DNA of 52,777 nt from a virus (lineage: Duplodnaviria; Caudoviricetes), in IMG/VR virus record IMGVR_UViG_3300033273_000162, positions 1 through 52,777 of that record. One strand, given 5' to 3'. Positions 26,001-35,861 of this stretch are shown here, piece by piece. The notes beneath the pieces were generated by a model. The model ran no database searches. It saw only the letters and a program-made list of their open reading frames with translations, and was not told the origin of the DNA. Made by a program: the position numbers and the translations under genes. Position 1 is the stretch's first letter. Each line of letters begins with the position of its first letter.

Positions 26001-27515
26001 GTTATAATCTACTTCATCGCCTTCATAGATTTCACCATAAACGGCATTAGCACCAGCACCACTAATGAGTGTATGGATACCATCACGGGTTGCACTCCAT
26101 CTTAGTGGGTGACCAGCGTTGGATCCATCGGTCTGGTCGAAAATATATCTCTTATTTTTCTCGAATGTAAAATCTTGGCAGTTAGTCCATGGACCATTTG
26201 CTGTTGGAGCAAAGAAATAGTTTAGAGCACCAGGATTTCCTTCTCCGTCATCAATAGATGCTACAGTTAGAGTATTTCCATTGCCGTCATCTGCAGTCAA
26301 TCCTGCAGAGAAGGTTAGTGTTCCTCCAGTAGTACCAGATGCTTCGATTGTTACAGCATCATTGAACTTTTTAACAATGGGTCTAGAATCACCATTGTAT
26401 GTCAGAGTATCTCCAACATTAAATCCAGAACCAGTTGTTCCTCCAGTGAAGGTAACCAACTGACAATACTCCATCTTAACCCAGTATTCTTCTGCTGGGG
26501 AAAGTTCGATAGGATCAACACTCAGTAAGTCGCCAACAATATAACCGTCTCCACCGTTGCTGACAACTACTTCTTCTACGATACCAACACCAGTAACAGT
26601 GAATTGGAATCCAGATCCACCTCCACCACCAAGATCAGAATCTGCAGCAGATAGAACATCTCCTACGAGATAGTTATCGTCTGCAAGGTCAATGCTAACT
26701 TCAAAAACGTTACCAACACCAACAATAACGTATTGGAATCCAGAAACATTGCCAATCTGTGCAGGAGGAGCACTTAGAACATCATTTGCCTGATATCCAG
26801 AACCTTGATTGGTAATCGTAACACTGGTGACATTGACATCTGCTCCACCATCTGTTACGATAATGTCTGCCAGCATACCGCTACCAGAACCACCAGTTAG
26901 TGTAACGTTGGTAAATGTTGCTTGCTGACCAGCACCAAGTGGGTTTCCTCCACTACCACCTGCTTGAATAGTACCACTAAATGCAATAACAGTAATATCT
27001 GCTAATGCGTTTGTACCACTACCACCAGTTAGAGGAACTGCTAGATAAGAACCACCAGTATATCCGCCGCCACCCGCAGTAATTTCACCAGCAAGAGGCG
27101 CTACTGTAACTTCTGCTCTAACACCCGAACCAGTACCACCAGAAAGTAGAACATTCGCAAATGTTCCTGATGCATACAAAGAACCGCCATTTGTAATGGT
27201 AATACCATTAGTTCCAGCTGGAATGGCAGATACTAATGTTTTGAGATCCTGAAGTACAGTTAAATTATCTTTAGAGAAGTTAGCAACTGTATTTCCTTCT
27301 GCGGAAATATAAAGACTTTTTCCTCCTCTGAAGATACCAACATCTGTTGCATTTGTGAAGTATAGTGCTGGTTGCTGAGCACTACCATCACTCATACTAA
27401 AAGCGCCAGAACCCACAGAGGTCTGGACAGTAAATAGATCAGACGCGATCTCATTAATTTTTTGCCTTTGAGTTTCAAAGGTGTCTGTTTTAGCAACGGA
27501 TCTAAGAATTGCCAT
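23064..27515 (-). CDS. Virion fibre/structural protein (1483 aa)
   Basis: N-terminal VAKTDTFETQRQKINEI anchor, many Y..V.LTGGSG.GA.A / GSGY..GD.L repeats, cupredoxin-like segment, LPVG....RP...G.IRYN fibre motif. Confidence 0.82.
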   Translation of the reverse strand: MAILRSVAKTDTFETQRQKINEIASDLFTVQTSVGSGAFSMSDGSAQQPALYFTNATDVGIFRGGKSLYISAEGNTVANFSKDNLTVLQDLKTLVSAIPAGTNGITITNGGSLYASGTFANVLLSGGTGSGVRAEVTVAPLAGEITAGGGGYTGGSYLAVPLTGGSGTNALADITVIAFSGTIQAGGSGGNPLGAGQQATFTNVTLTGGSGSGMLADIIVTDGGADVNVTSVTITNQGSGYQANDVLSAPPAQIGNVSGFQYVIVGVGNVFEVSIDLADDNYLVGDVLSAADSDLGGGGGSGFQFTVTGVGIVEEVVVSNGGDGYIVGDLLSVDPIELSPAEEYWVKMEYCQLVTFTGGTTGSGFNVGDTLTYNGDSRPIVKKFNDAVTIEASGTTGGTLTFSAGLTADDGNGNTLTVASIDDGEGNPGALNYFFAPTANGPWTNCQDFTFEKNKRYIFDQTDGSNAGHPLRWSATRDGIHTLISGAGANAVYGEIYEGDEVDYNYTSTAIAIVPNDNTPTTLYYFCEEGIADQLNEHINEGGFNGREGVITVSGVAQVSGSGAVFTVAQVNNTSNILLQKDGTAQMGDTTVSSLTTNSTLNVTGITTLSNNLVIGASRFTVDFNTGDTVVEGNFTANGDLTFPSDATIGSTLYVDSTNNKVSINIDPAVTPLTDDLEISGSFSNTGNVKLSTDSVSTVIVGDNQNVGGTSEKLRVEGRAYADGLNVTATGDVVAPALSFGSMSRVGIGGNTTQQSLFFTGSNGEVLRITGSKGVFYRDLDFDALSITSSSIVTPASGYDNGSFSGAPASGGTGAGLIATLTVSFYIPIGEIATVGNISVADANRVAGTYTLNTGYTVSGSGENAEFEITIDALGAASIVVNNGGIGFIVGETITIPGGTLSPGQQTAGADLTFDVATCTADPGAGYSGSTYQSVTVTGGSGTGAEAEVTVGLGGEIENIIITNIGSNYVVGDVIGIDYTTMVDNTVFPPAASTQPSTPASFTIRADGALVKVEIQDPGDGYATGDILTFPSLQGTPTPTTTPEFKITGVTTTNNARITKTGDITTGSLSTTGAGINVDGRILIDGNTFSAGLDEDLVVTPGSSQKVLSVSGTGGIKLPVGDSTNRPPASTTGIIRYNTATQQYEGSNGSDFISLGGVRDVDGNTYILAEETVGANDNTLWFYNDATNTVRLTTSELTLITPQVIASREIAPPKVEWEAGAAATAAVLPAVNYVYFGDNLYSVDSSGTFDTDENNAPSHTAGTVTNGSVDLTYVSSVFGPLTFKASNITLDATLTLSGLDIYSYNSTALILDNSLATTEIAFGKENGVPDTLALFTQAGEFQINRSYDTTDPQNNLTVLDKTLKFIELDDVLIKTTSADLVKGTSDTTSFDIYDPTIHSAAKVMIIADNATTDERHMVEYSVVSSGTDIFVTEFGSVHTATELFQVTFDFAAGGEVRVSPTLNASLTAGDAVKIVSTFTVTKK

Positions 27516-27708
27516 TTTTGATTAACTCGTGCAGTAGTGCCTTGATTTCAGAGATTTCTTCCTTCAAGTTATTTATGTCTTCTATAGCAGTGGTGAGGTT
27601 CTTTGATTTTTTCCTCGCTTCAATTGCGGAGCTATCGTTATTAATGATAGCTCCTGTGTTCATGTCTCTTACAAGACCATCATATCCTTTTACTTTCGCG
27701 AAATCCAT
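27502..27708 (-). CDS. Small conserved protein (68 aa) with a C-terminal coiled coil
   Basis: KVKGYDGLVRDMNTGAIINND...DINNLKEEISEIKALL; translationally coupled to the upstream VrlC-like gene. Confidence 0.85.
   Translation of the reverse strand: MDFAKVKGYDGLVRDMNTGAIINNDSSAIEARKKSKNLTTAIEDINNLKEEISEIKALLHELIKNGNS
27570..27576 (-). promoter_or_regulatory. Possible internal late promoter ATAAATA for the 1483-aa gene
   Basis: Lies within the 68-aa ORF, about 55 nt upstream of the ATG at 27515. Confidence 0.5.
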
Positions 27709-30700
27709 TAGAAAGATGCGACTGCTCTAATGTCTTGGATCTTAGGAACGAAAGATGGATCCACCGTAGTCATTACAATCTTGATAGCAAAGGAAGAGAA
27801 CTCCTCTAGTTCAGAAACACTGTATTTTAGATCTTGGTAGGAAGATTGTTTTTCAACAATTCCCGAGATGCTATTTTCAGTTGTTGCCAATTCTAGTGTG
27901 TCTGGGAGACCAGTTTCGTTAAAGAATACCCAATCAATGTCTTCGAAGTTTTCCTGACTAGATGCCTTCTTAAACTTGTAAAGAACTTGAATGTTTGCAA
28001 TGTCTTTGACATTAGCAGTTAGATGAACATCAATAGATGTTCCTGGGTTTCCAATAACAACTTCCTTGGTTACATATTTTGCAACAGAAGAACTATTCTT
28101 GGAAGTATTTTCTGGAACAAAATCAACACCATTTGTGTAAGTAACCTTACCAACCTCAAGATAATTATTTTCTTCGTCTGGTTGATTTGGATACTTGATG
28201 AAATCTCCTACCCTGAAGATATCAGCAAGTTGGTCACTAGTGACTGCATTTCTATTATAGAAAGCAGAGTCAATGATTTTGTCAGTATAACTGTCATTAA
28301 TTGGATTTGTATCAACTCTTACGGTCAGTTCTTGTGTCTGACTGTTCCAAATAACAGTCTTACCAGTAATGATATTATCATAAGTTTCATTTAGACTCGA
28401 TGGGTTACGTGCTACAATCGTAGCGCCATCATCAATACTTGCAAAAACTTGTACTGGATTGGAATCGACACTAACATTTGTTAGAGATGCTTGGTTGCCA
28501 AGATCTACAAATTCTCCTTTTTGGAAGAACTGACTTGTCTTGACTCTTACATATACAACCTGTCCATCTACTCTAGCAACAGTACCAGATGTCTTGGAAG
28601 TTCTTCCTTGAATTGTCTGGTTTGCTTGTAGTTCAGTTCCTGCATTTCCTGCAAGTTCGAATTGATATAGTGGGTAGAACTCAATAACTTGATCTCTTCT
28701 GCCAAATCTATTTTCTGTACCAGATGCATTCTCAACTCTGTTAGAAACAGTCTTGACAGAAGCACTAGACAAATCAATGATTGGAGACAGATTAGAAGAT
28801 GTGGAAGATAGTTTTAGTTTATATGTTAGAGAAGAACTAATATTATTAAGAGTTTCGTTAATATCAGAAGCAACTAGTTTCTGATTTGTGAAATAATGTG
28901 GTTCATTTAAGAAGGTCTTCTCATACTCTGTTTGAGAATAAGAATTGTAGTTAGTTGTGCTAGAATCAACTGGAATTACATTAGTTGTTTTCACAGAAAC
29001 ATCTAGTTTTGTTCCAGCAAATGTTAGGTAATGGACCTGTGGATATAGAGTTTCAAACTTTCTGTTATATGTTGCATATACAGAAGTTCCACCACCAATA
29101 GCATTTCCAGCTGCCTGAGATGGAGATACAATATTATAGTAGTCAATACCAGAGTTTGTAACTTCAAACAGATTGCTATTGATAGTTGCTGCTGTAATAC
29201 CACCAGTCTCTAATGCAGTTCTAAAGAACACATAAGATTTTCCACCATCTTCAAATCCGTTGTCTCTGTGGTTGATCTTCACAATCGCGTTGTTATTCTT
29301 AAACAACTTAGATGTGGATGCAGAGTTAGAAGATGCGTTAGTTTCAATTGGATTTGCACCCAAGAGTTCGTAACCAAGACTATCATTCTTGATAAGAAGT
29401 TCTGCAGATCTTGTAATATCAAATTCTGCACGATACATCTTGAACTTAAGATCTTCAAAGATATCTTCTGTCCAACTCTCTGTATTCTGTGAGCGATATA
29501 CCGAACCAAGAGATGGTTGAGTTGTAATAACAGTGCTAGTAGCAATGTCTGTCTCACCAAGTCTAGATACCCACAGTTGATAATCAGTAGAATCGGTTTC
29601 TACTACGAGAGCATACTCTGTATCATTCTGTAGATATACTGGATAATCGAACGCAAAGTGTGTAGGCGTGGTAGAATTAGTTACCTCACCTGCATCAGTT
29701 GCTACACCCATTCTAACTGCTGGTGTATCAATCTCAATAAATGTTTGGATTTCACATCCACCAGCGCCGTTTCCAACGCCTTTAACGACCACAGAAGGTG
29801 CTTCGGTGTAACCAAAACCACTTAGTGATACTTCAGCGTTGTAAATTTTACCACCAGAAACACTAATGCTCGCAGTAGCACTCGCGCCACCAGGAAGTTG
29901 AGGACTTTCGATAGTTAGAATTGCACTATCATAGTTGAGACCTGGGTTGGTAACTCTAATATCAGATACCTTTCCACTGTCTTTTGCAATAGAAAGTACA
30001 AGACTTGTATTGTCGCGAGCATTTGCTTCGGTGACAGATGGAATAATTAGATCTTCGTTTTGTACAAACGATTTTCCATTGTGGTTGCTCAACACTACAG
30101 TATAAACTTGCTCATTTGTTAGACTGTACTTACCAGAAGCAGTAGCAACTAGTTCTACATTGTTCTTATCAAAGATCTTGAGAATAGGACCAGATGCAGC
30201 AGAAGAAGCACCTGTTACACTTTCTCCTTGATATACAGCAACATTACCGCTAGCAAAACACTTAAGGAAAGTATTTGGCGATAGTGTTTTTTCACTTCCA
30301 GGAACAATGTTCTTCGCTGGTTTTTCAGCATCAACATTTGAAATGTATGCCTTGACTGGAATATTTGTACTCTTCTTAGAGAAAAAGAGATCTACGCCAG
30401 TTACAAAACATCCACCCTCTAGGTTTTCGACCTTAAATGTTTGTGCTAGAGGATTAGGTCTAATAGGATTATCAGTGTTGCTCTCAATTAACTGAACACC
30501 TTCATTAGACTTGAAGTAAGATGGTTTTGTGGATACAATGCTAGCAGGATTCTCTGGGAGGAGACCTGTAGCATAATACTTAACTTCGGTGTAACTATCT
30601 ACTTCTTCTTTAGGAGCATTGGTTGGACTAGAAGTAAATCTGAATGTCAAGATTCCAGAAGTAATAGAAACTTCTTCTGCAGAAGTGTCATACGCTACTG

Positions 30701-33700
30701 TATTGATATCTCCAGTCCATGTAGTATTCTCTAGAGGTGGAAGACCAGCAGGTACGATAATCAAACCACTAGCATTTCCATATTCATCAGTGGTGATTTC
30801 ACCATTGAAGGCAGATAGAGAGTTTCCAGCGATTCCAGTGAATCTCAAGTCTGGATTTACCCAACGGTTAATATCTCTTCCTTCCAAGAAGACATACATT
30901 CTTGTGTTAGGTTTCATTCTGCGAATGACATATCTAACAGGAATGCTTCTAGCAAAGAATGCCAACGAAGTGGATACTAGACTCTCGCCTACAGACTTGG
31001 TTGGAACACCTTTACCTACCTCATTGTTTTGAGGACTGATGTTTGAAGAACTGGAGACAGATGCACTAGAAACAGAAGTAACTGCTTGCTGTGTATTAAC
31101 TTCTCCTAGCGAATTAATCGAAGTGAAAGATGTAGAAGTTCCTACCCAATTGACTACAAAGGAATTGTAGAGACTGGAGAAACTCTCTTTTACATCATCT
31201 TTTGCAAGGAAAATATTGAAGAGACTTGTATTAGTATCAACAACGATTGGTTCTTCGCTTTGGTCATACCAGTGATCGATAGATGGGGATACTTCTCCGT
31301 CTCCAACATACTGAAGTACAACAAATGGATTTGGATTTAGTGTCTTAGAAGCAAAATCGTTACCGAGTAAAGATAGTGGGGAGTATGGTAGAGTTACCAT
31401 ATTACCAGACTTCTTATATCCAGAAACAGATCTCTGATCTTCCCTTACATTTACTTCTTTTAGATTTACAGAATCTTCTTTTGCTTGTGGGCGCAGAACA
31501 GACTGCTGACTATCTACAGAACACTTATAATCCAAGGAAGATAGATTGCCAACTTTATGTGCTTCGAAGTTATCAACGAAGAAACCAGACTTAAACCTAT
31601 CAAGACCAATTTCATCTTTGACTTGCATGTTTAGAGCTTGTTGCTCCAGAATGCTGAGTGTGGTATAGTATTCGAGACGTTCGATACGCTTCTCCAACTT
31701 ACCAATGTCGCGCATTGTGTAGCGACGATTATCGACAGGAGTAATTCTTACGTCTTTAGTTGTCTTTGTAAATGCTGGAATATATGCATAGAACAAAGGA
31801 ACAGCGTCATCAATAGGATCTGGTTTAGATGGGTTGAGGGAAGAGTTACCTTCCTTGACGATAAAGTTTCCTTTCTTGTCGAGGAAAACACCATCAATAC
31901 GATCCAAATACTGAACTTGACTAAACGAGAATGTGTATTCTAGTCCTTGGTCTGGAGCAGGAGTGCTAGCAACAACTGCACCAGGACCAGAGAAAGATCC
32001 TCCAGTTACTTCTAAAGAAGACTTATTCAAGAAACCTGGGATAATAGAATTGCTATCAACAACAGGACGGAAATCAATAACATTCTTGAGTTCTAGATTT
32101 CCATGCACAGAAGAGTTGAAAGATGGAATTTCATCTTCGGGAACACCTGCTTCATGTAGATAACTGTCGATAGTACAGAAGTCACCCTGTGACTGTACAA
32201 AGTAATCAAAAGCAATTAGAAGTTGTCCTGTAGATGGTTCGAATCCTGGTTTCAACACGATTCTTGAGACATCATAAATTGTGTCTCTTTGACCATTATC
32301 AAACGTATATCTAGAAGTTACATCTGTACCAGAAACTAGATTACCAGCAGTATCAACAGAAGGTGGTTGAGAAGATGTTCCTTCATACACATACTTCAGT
32401 TTAAATGCATCTGTGTAAGATAGAGTTTCGACTACCTCACTATCATAATCAGTTCCTCTAAATGGAATAATACGATCACCAGCAGAAGCAATAACAATTC
32501 TCTTGTTTCTTACAACTGTCTTGAGTCTTGGTTTTGCGTTGGAAACTTCCAATGTAGCAGTAAGTTTCAACTTTGGATATGTTCCATTAGCAGGAACAGT
32601 TCCAAAATAAGTCGAAGGTAGTTGCAGACTGATACTACCAGAAGTCAAACCACTTGCAGTATCAGTAGAAGAAGAAATCTCAACTGCATCTTCTGCAACA
32701 TATACAATGTCTCCCTTGGAGATGTTTGGTGCATCTCCTGGGTCTATAACTGTAATAATATAATTTTCTTCAGTAAATCTAGCAAACCTTTGTGTTCCAA
32801 ATGGAAGTTGTGCAGCAAAAGTAATACTTCCACCTGCAGCAGCTGCAGTAGTTACGAAATCTCTACGGAAGTAATACTTGATCTTAGTATCATCACCACC
32901 AGCAGAAAGTTTAGATACTTGCTTGCTTCCTGTTGGGAACAAGAGAGTACCAGAGTTTGTATTAATAACTCTTGGTCTTAGTCTTACAAGACTAGTATTG
33001 GTTACGTCTCCAGGAAGCGCGGTGTCTAGATAAATTCTTGTCTTAGACGATCCTTGCTGTCTAGTTGCATACTGAACAATTGCTCTAACAAGATTATTCG
33101 AGTCATCAGAGAACTGAATAAGATCTCCTTGCTGTAGCAAGATAGATGCATCTGCACTAAAACTAGTGGATTCAATAAATTTACTTCCTTGAGAACCAAA
33201 GAATGTAAAACTGGTGACAGACTTAATTTCAGAGTATGTCTGACTATCAACTACAACATCAGCAGAGAAAGTATTTGCGTTTCCAGAACCATATGTGCAA
33301 CCAACAGACTTCACATTTTGTGGGGTGTATGTTGTTACTGTATTTCTAAACAGTACAGGAACAACTGCAGCTGCAGAGTTTGGAGTAGATGCACCTTCTG
33401 GTTGCTGTACAGTAATAGCAGGAGGTGCTGCATACTCAAGACTTACTGCTCTTCTATTACTAATAGTAGCATTATAGATTCTACCTTCATTTGTTCTTCC
33501 AATAGCAATCTTAGAACCATCGAACTCTAGTCCATTGATGAGAAGAGTTGTTCCCTCTGCATATCCAAGTCCTCTATTCTGAACAACAAAGTGAGAAATA
33601 GTATTATCTTTTGCAATCTTTACAGTGTTTCCATTCTCATCTCTAATTGTCTCACCAGATTTAAATTTACCAGAGAGAGTTTTTACAAATAAGATTTTTC

Positions 33701-35804
33701 CTGTTGTGTATGAACCAGTAGAAGATCCTTCGACTACACCATATGCAGAACTATCAATACCAAAGACATAAGAACCTTCGTCAAAAGCATTGGTTCCAGA
33801 TGGTACAGATTCTAGAATAATTCTAGTGAAGAACTGTGGATCAAAATAAGAGTAACCAAAAGTGGTATTATAAGCACTGGTTCCTGCCTCTAGGCGTCCT
33901 TTCGATAGAATTACATCGGAATCGGAATTAAATCCAGGTCCTCTGTTTTGTAGGAAGAAATTACTTGGTTTTGTTTTACCAATAACAGGTGTAATCGTGT
34001 CAGAATAATCTACAATGAAACCAAATTCATTAGAGTTTGTGCTAGCATCCGCTTCACTCAAGAAAATTCTTCTTTTATACTCATTGTCAGAAAGATCATA
34101 TTCAAGTAGAAGTTGCTCTAATTCATTCTTAGGTCCATATACAGTGAGTTCTAAGAATTGAACAGATTCAGATGGGTTGATTAGTGGTTTATTTGTTGTA
34201 GCAAAAGATAGAGTTTTGAAACTTCCAATAGCAGTTGGATTTCCCAATTCACTTCTAGTCTTAATAAAGAAGAGTTCTCCAAACTGAGTTTGGAATGTGG
34301 CATCTGTTACAGCACCAATTAGAGTAACTGGATTTGTAATTTGTAATGTAATAGTTCTAATGCCATCATCTGCAGTGAAGATTTTTCCTCTTCTATCAAT
34401 CGTCTGTCTATGATCTGTAGATAACTCAGTATTGTTTAAACCAATAGATCCATCATTAAATGTAGAATATACAAATACATCTGGATATGCAGTAAGGTCA
34501 GATCCTTCTTTGTTTAGAGGAACACTACCAAATACATTAGTTACACTATAGGTAGGAAGACCTTTGCTCTTAAGATTTACATTATCACTGGAGAGACTTT
34601 CTCTTGCTTTATTAATTTCTAGATATTTGGTCTCTTTATTTACAATTTCATATCCTTTTACATATGCTTTACCAGGACCAATGCTGGCAACCATTTTTCT
34701 AGCAGACTCTTCTGCTGTGTATCCATTATAACGACCAAATTCATCAGCACCATATAGACCTTTATTACCGTCTTTTTGTGCCCACTCTCTGACATCAACA
34801 GAGAAATTATCTACAACATAATCTCCACTCTCATCAAATGTTCTTCTTGCGAGAGTTTGCTCTAGAACACTAAAGTCTGTTCCTTGAATTTTTCTTTGAA
34901 TAACACCCTTCGATACTGTTAAGAGTTGAATGAAATTCTTATCAGTAATAGCACCTAGTGCAAACTCTTTTAGTTCTAAAGAAATCTTAAGTCTATGTGC
35001 TCCAGGTGCAGTGTAGTTGCTGGAACCAATAGAATTATCATATAAACTTGCTTCTGCTTCTGGAGTTACAATTTCTTCTTTGATTGTAAATCCAACTTTT
35101 GCGGAAGGTTTATTGTAATATTCGTCGATAACGAGGAGTTCTTCGTCATTGCGAACAAAATAACCATTGACAAAATAGATACCTTCTTCTACTTTTACAG
35201 CAGATCCATATCCCATTGCTGGACTTTCTAGAGATGTGGTTTCTCCTGTGTCAGGATCTGTTACTTCAATGCTAGTAGGTAGAACACTGCCATCAGTACC
35301 AACAACTAGAAGTGGTGTATTGACACCATTTACTACTTCTAGAGTTTCACCTTGACGGAATCTTGGTTCTGTATTAGAATTACCACTGTTAATGTAATTA
35401 ACAAATAGCGTATCTGCGGAGTCTCCAGTCGCTAACTTTGTTGCTAGGATGGTAGCAGTAACACCAGATGTAAGACCATTTAGCTGCTGTCCTACTAATT
35501 GACTGATGTCATACTTCTTATAAACAATATCGTCTCCTTCCGAGACAGCAACCTCAGAAACAGACGACAGTTTAACGTAATCTAATTTTGTATTGAGACC
35601 AACTTCACCAGGAATTACAAGTTCTCCCTGCTTGAAAGCATACTTACCAAAGCTTTCAATTTGATTTTGGAGAATTGATTGTACCTGAGTTAATTCCCTA
35701 CTTTGGATAGAGTATCCAGGACGGAATAGAATCTTATAAAAATTCTTACTCGCGTCAAAGTCCTCGTAATAAGGATTTACATTTAGGTTAGTCTTCTGTG
35801 GCAT
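27708..35804 (-). CDS. VrlC/DUF4815-like large virion structural protein (2698 aa)
   Basis: NLNVNPYYEDFD..KNFYKILFRPGYSIQSRELTQVQSILQNQI, APGAHRLKI, LARRTFDESGDY, RRYTMRDIGKLEKRIERLEYYTTLS, NPLAQTF, PKIQDIRAVA. Confidence 0.88.
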   Translation of the reverse strand: MPQKTNLNVNPYYEDFDASKNFYKILFRPGYSIQSRELTQVQSILQNQIESFGKYAFKQGELVIPGEVGLNTKLDYVKLSSVSEVAVSEGDDIVYKKYDISQLVGQQLNGLTSGVTATILATKLATGDSADTLFVNYINSGNSNTEPRFRQGETLEVVNGVNTPLLVVGTDGSVLPTSIEVTDPDTGETTSLESPAMGYGSAVKVEEGIYFVNGYFVRNDEELLVIDEYYNKPSAKVGFTIKEEIVTPEAEASLYDNSIGSSNYTAPGAHRLKISLELKEFALGAITDKNFIQLLTVSKGVIQRKIQGTDFSVLEQTLARRTFDESGDYVVDNFSVDVREWAQKDGNKGLYGADEFGRYNGYTAEESARKMVASIGPGKAYVKGYEIVNKETKYLEINKARESLSSDNVNLKSKGLPTYSVTNVFGSVPLNKEGSDLTAYPDVFVYSTFNDGSIGLNNTELSTDHRQTIDRRGKIFTADDGIRTITLQITNPVTLIGAVTDATFQTQFGELFFIKTRSELGNPTAIGSFKTLSFATTNKPLINPSESVQFLELTVYGPKNELEQLLLEYDLSDNEYKRRIFLSEADASTNSNEFGFIVDYSDTITPVIGKTKPSNFFLQNRGPGFNSDSDVILSKGRLEAGTSAYNTTFGYSYFDPQFFTRIILESVPSGTNAFDEGSYVFGIDSSAYGVVEGSSTGSYTTGKILFVKTLSGKFKSGETIRDENGNTVKIAKDNTISHFVVQNRGLGYAEGTTLLINGLEFDGSKIAIGRTNEGRIYNATISNRRAVSLEYAAPPAITVQQPEGASTPNSAAAVVPVLFRNTVTTYTPQNVKSVGCTYGSGNANTFSADVVVDSQTYSEIKSVTSFTFFGSQGSKFIESTSFSADASILLQQGDLIQFSDDSNNLVRAIVQYATRQQGSSKTRIYLDTALPGDVTNTSLVRLRPRVINTNSGTLLFPTGSKQVSKLSAGGDDTKIKYYFRRDFVTTAAAAGGSITFAAQLPFGTQRFARFTEENYIITVIDPGDAPNISKGDIVYVAEDAVEISSSTDTASGLTSGSISLQLPSTYFGTVPANGTYPKLKLTATLEVSNAKPRLKTVVRNKRIVIASAGDRIIPFRGTDYDSEVVETLSYTDAFKLKYVYEGTSSQPPSVDTAGNLVSGTDVTSRYTFDNGQRDTIYDVSRIVLKPGFEPSTGQLLIAFDYFVQSQGDFCTIDSYLHEAGVPEDEIPSFNSSVHGNLELKNVIDFRPVVDSNSIIPGFLNKSSLEVTGGSFSGPGAVVASTPAPDQGLEYTFSFSQVQYLDRIDGVFLDKKGNFIVKEGNSSLNPSKPDPIDDAVPLFYAYIPAFTKTTKDVRITPVDNRRYTMRDIGKLEKRIERLEYYTTLSILEQQALNMQVKDEIGLDRFKSGFFVDNFEAHKVGNLSSLDYKCSVDSQQSVLRPQAKEDSVNLKEVNVREDQRSVSGYKKSGNMVTLPYSPLSLLGNDFASKTLNPNPFVVLQYVGDGEVSPSIDHWYDQSEEPIVVDTNTSLFNIFLAKDDVKESFSSLYNSFVVNWVGTSTSFTSINSLGEVNTQQAVTSVSSASVSSSSNISPQNNEVGKGVPTKSVGESLVSTSLAFFARSIPVRYVIRRMKPNTRMYVFLEGRDINRWVNPDLRFTGIAGNSLSAFNGEITTDEYGNASGLIIVPAGLPPLENTTWTGDINTVAYDTSAEEVSITSGILTFRFTSSPTNAPKEEVDSYTEVKYYATGLLPENPASIVSTKPSYFKSNEGVQLIESNTDNPIRPNPLAQTFKVENLEGGCFVTGVDLFFSKKSTNIPVKAYISNVDAEKPAKNIVPGSEKTLSPNTFLKCFASGNVAVYQGESVTGASSAASGPILKIFDKNNVELVATASGKYSLTNEQVYTVVLSNHNGKSFVQNEDLIIPSVTEANARDNTSLVLSIAKDSGKVSDIRVTNPGLNYDSAILTIESPQLPGGASATASISVSGGKIYNAEVSLSGFGYTEAPSVVVKGVGNGAGGCEIQTFIEIDTPAVRMGVATDAGEVTNSTTPTHFAFDYPVYLQNDTEYALVVETDSTDYQLWVSRLGETDIATSTVITTQPSLGSVYRSQNTESWTEDIFEDLKFKMYRAEFDITRSAELLIKNDSLGYELLGANPIETNASSNSASTSKLFKNNNAIVKINHRDNGFEDGGKSYVFFRTALETGGITAATINSNLFEVTNSGIDYYNIVSPSQAAGNAIGGGTSVYATYNRKFETLYPQVHYLTFAGTKLDVSVKTTNVIPVDSSTTNYNSYSQTEYEKTFLNEPHYFTNQKLVASDINETLNNISSSLTYKLKLSSTSSNLSPIIDLSSASVKTVSNRVENASGTENRFGRRDQVIEFYPLYQFELAGNAGTELQANQTIQGRTSKTSGTVARVDGQVVYVRVKTSQFFQKGEFVDLGNQASLTNVSVDSNPVQVFASIDDGATIVARNPSSLNETYDNIITGKTVIWNSQTQELTVRVDTNPINDSYTDKIIDSAFYNRNAVTSDQLADIFRVGDFIKYPNQPDEENNYLEVGKVTYTNGVDFVPENTSKNSSSVAKYVTKEVVIGNPGTSIDVHLTANVKDIANIQVLYKFKKASSQENFEDIDWVFFNETGLPDTLELATTENSISGIVEKQSSYQDLKYSVSELEEFSSFAIKIVMTTVDPSFVPKIQDIRAVASF

Positions 35805-35806
35805 TG

Positions 35807-35852
35807 TACTCCGCCAAATACTAGTATCTAGTCCCTAGTATTTAGCGGAGTA
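35807..35852 (-). promoter_or_regulatory. 18-bp hairpin with the late promoter TAAATA (35839-35844) in its 5' arm and the RBS in its 3' arm
   Basis: Minus strand reads TACTCCGCTAAATACTAG-ggactagata-CTAGTATTTGGCGGAGTA-ca-ATG. Confidence 0.85.
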
Positions 35853-35861
35853 AAAAAGAAA

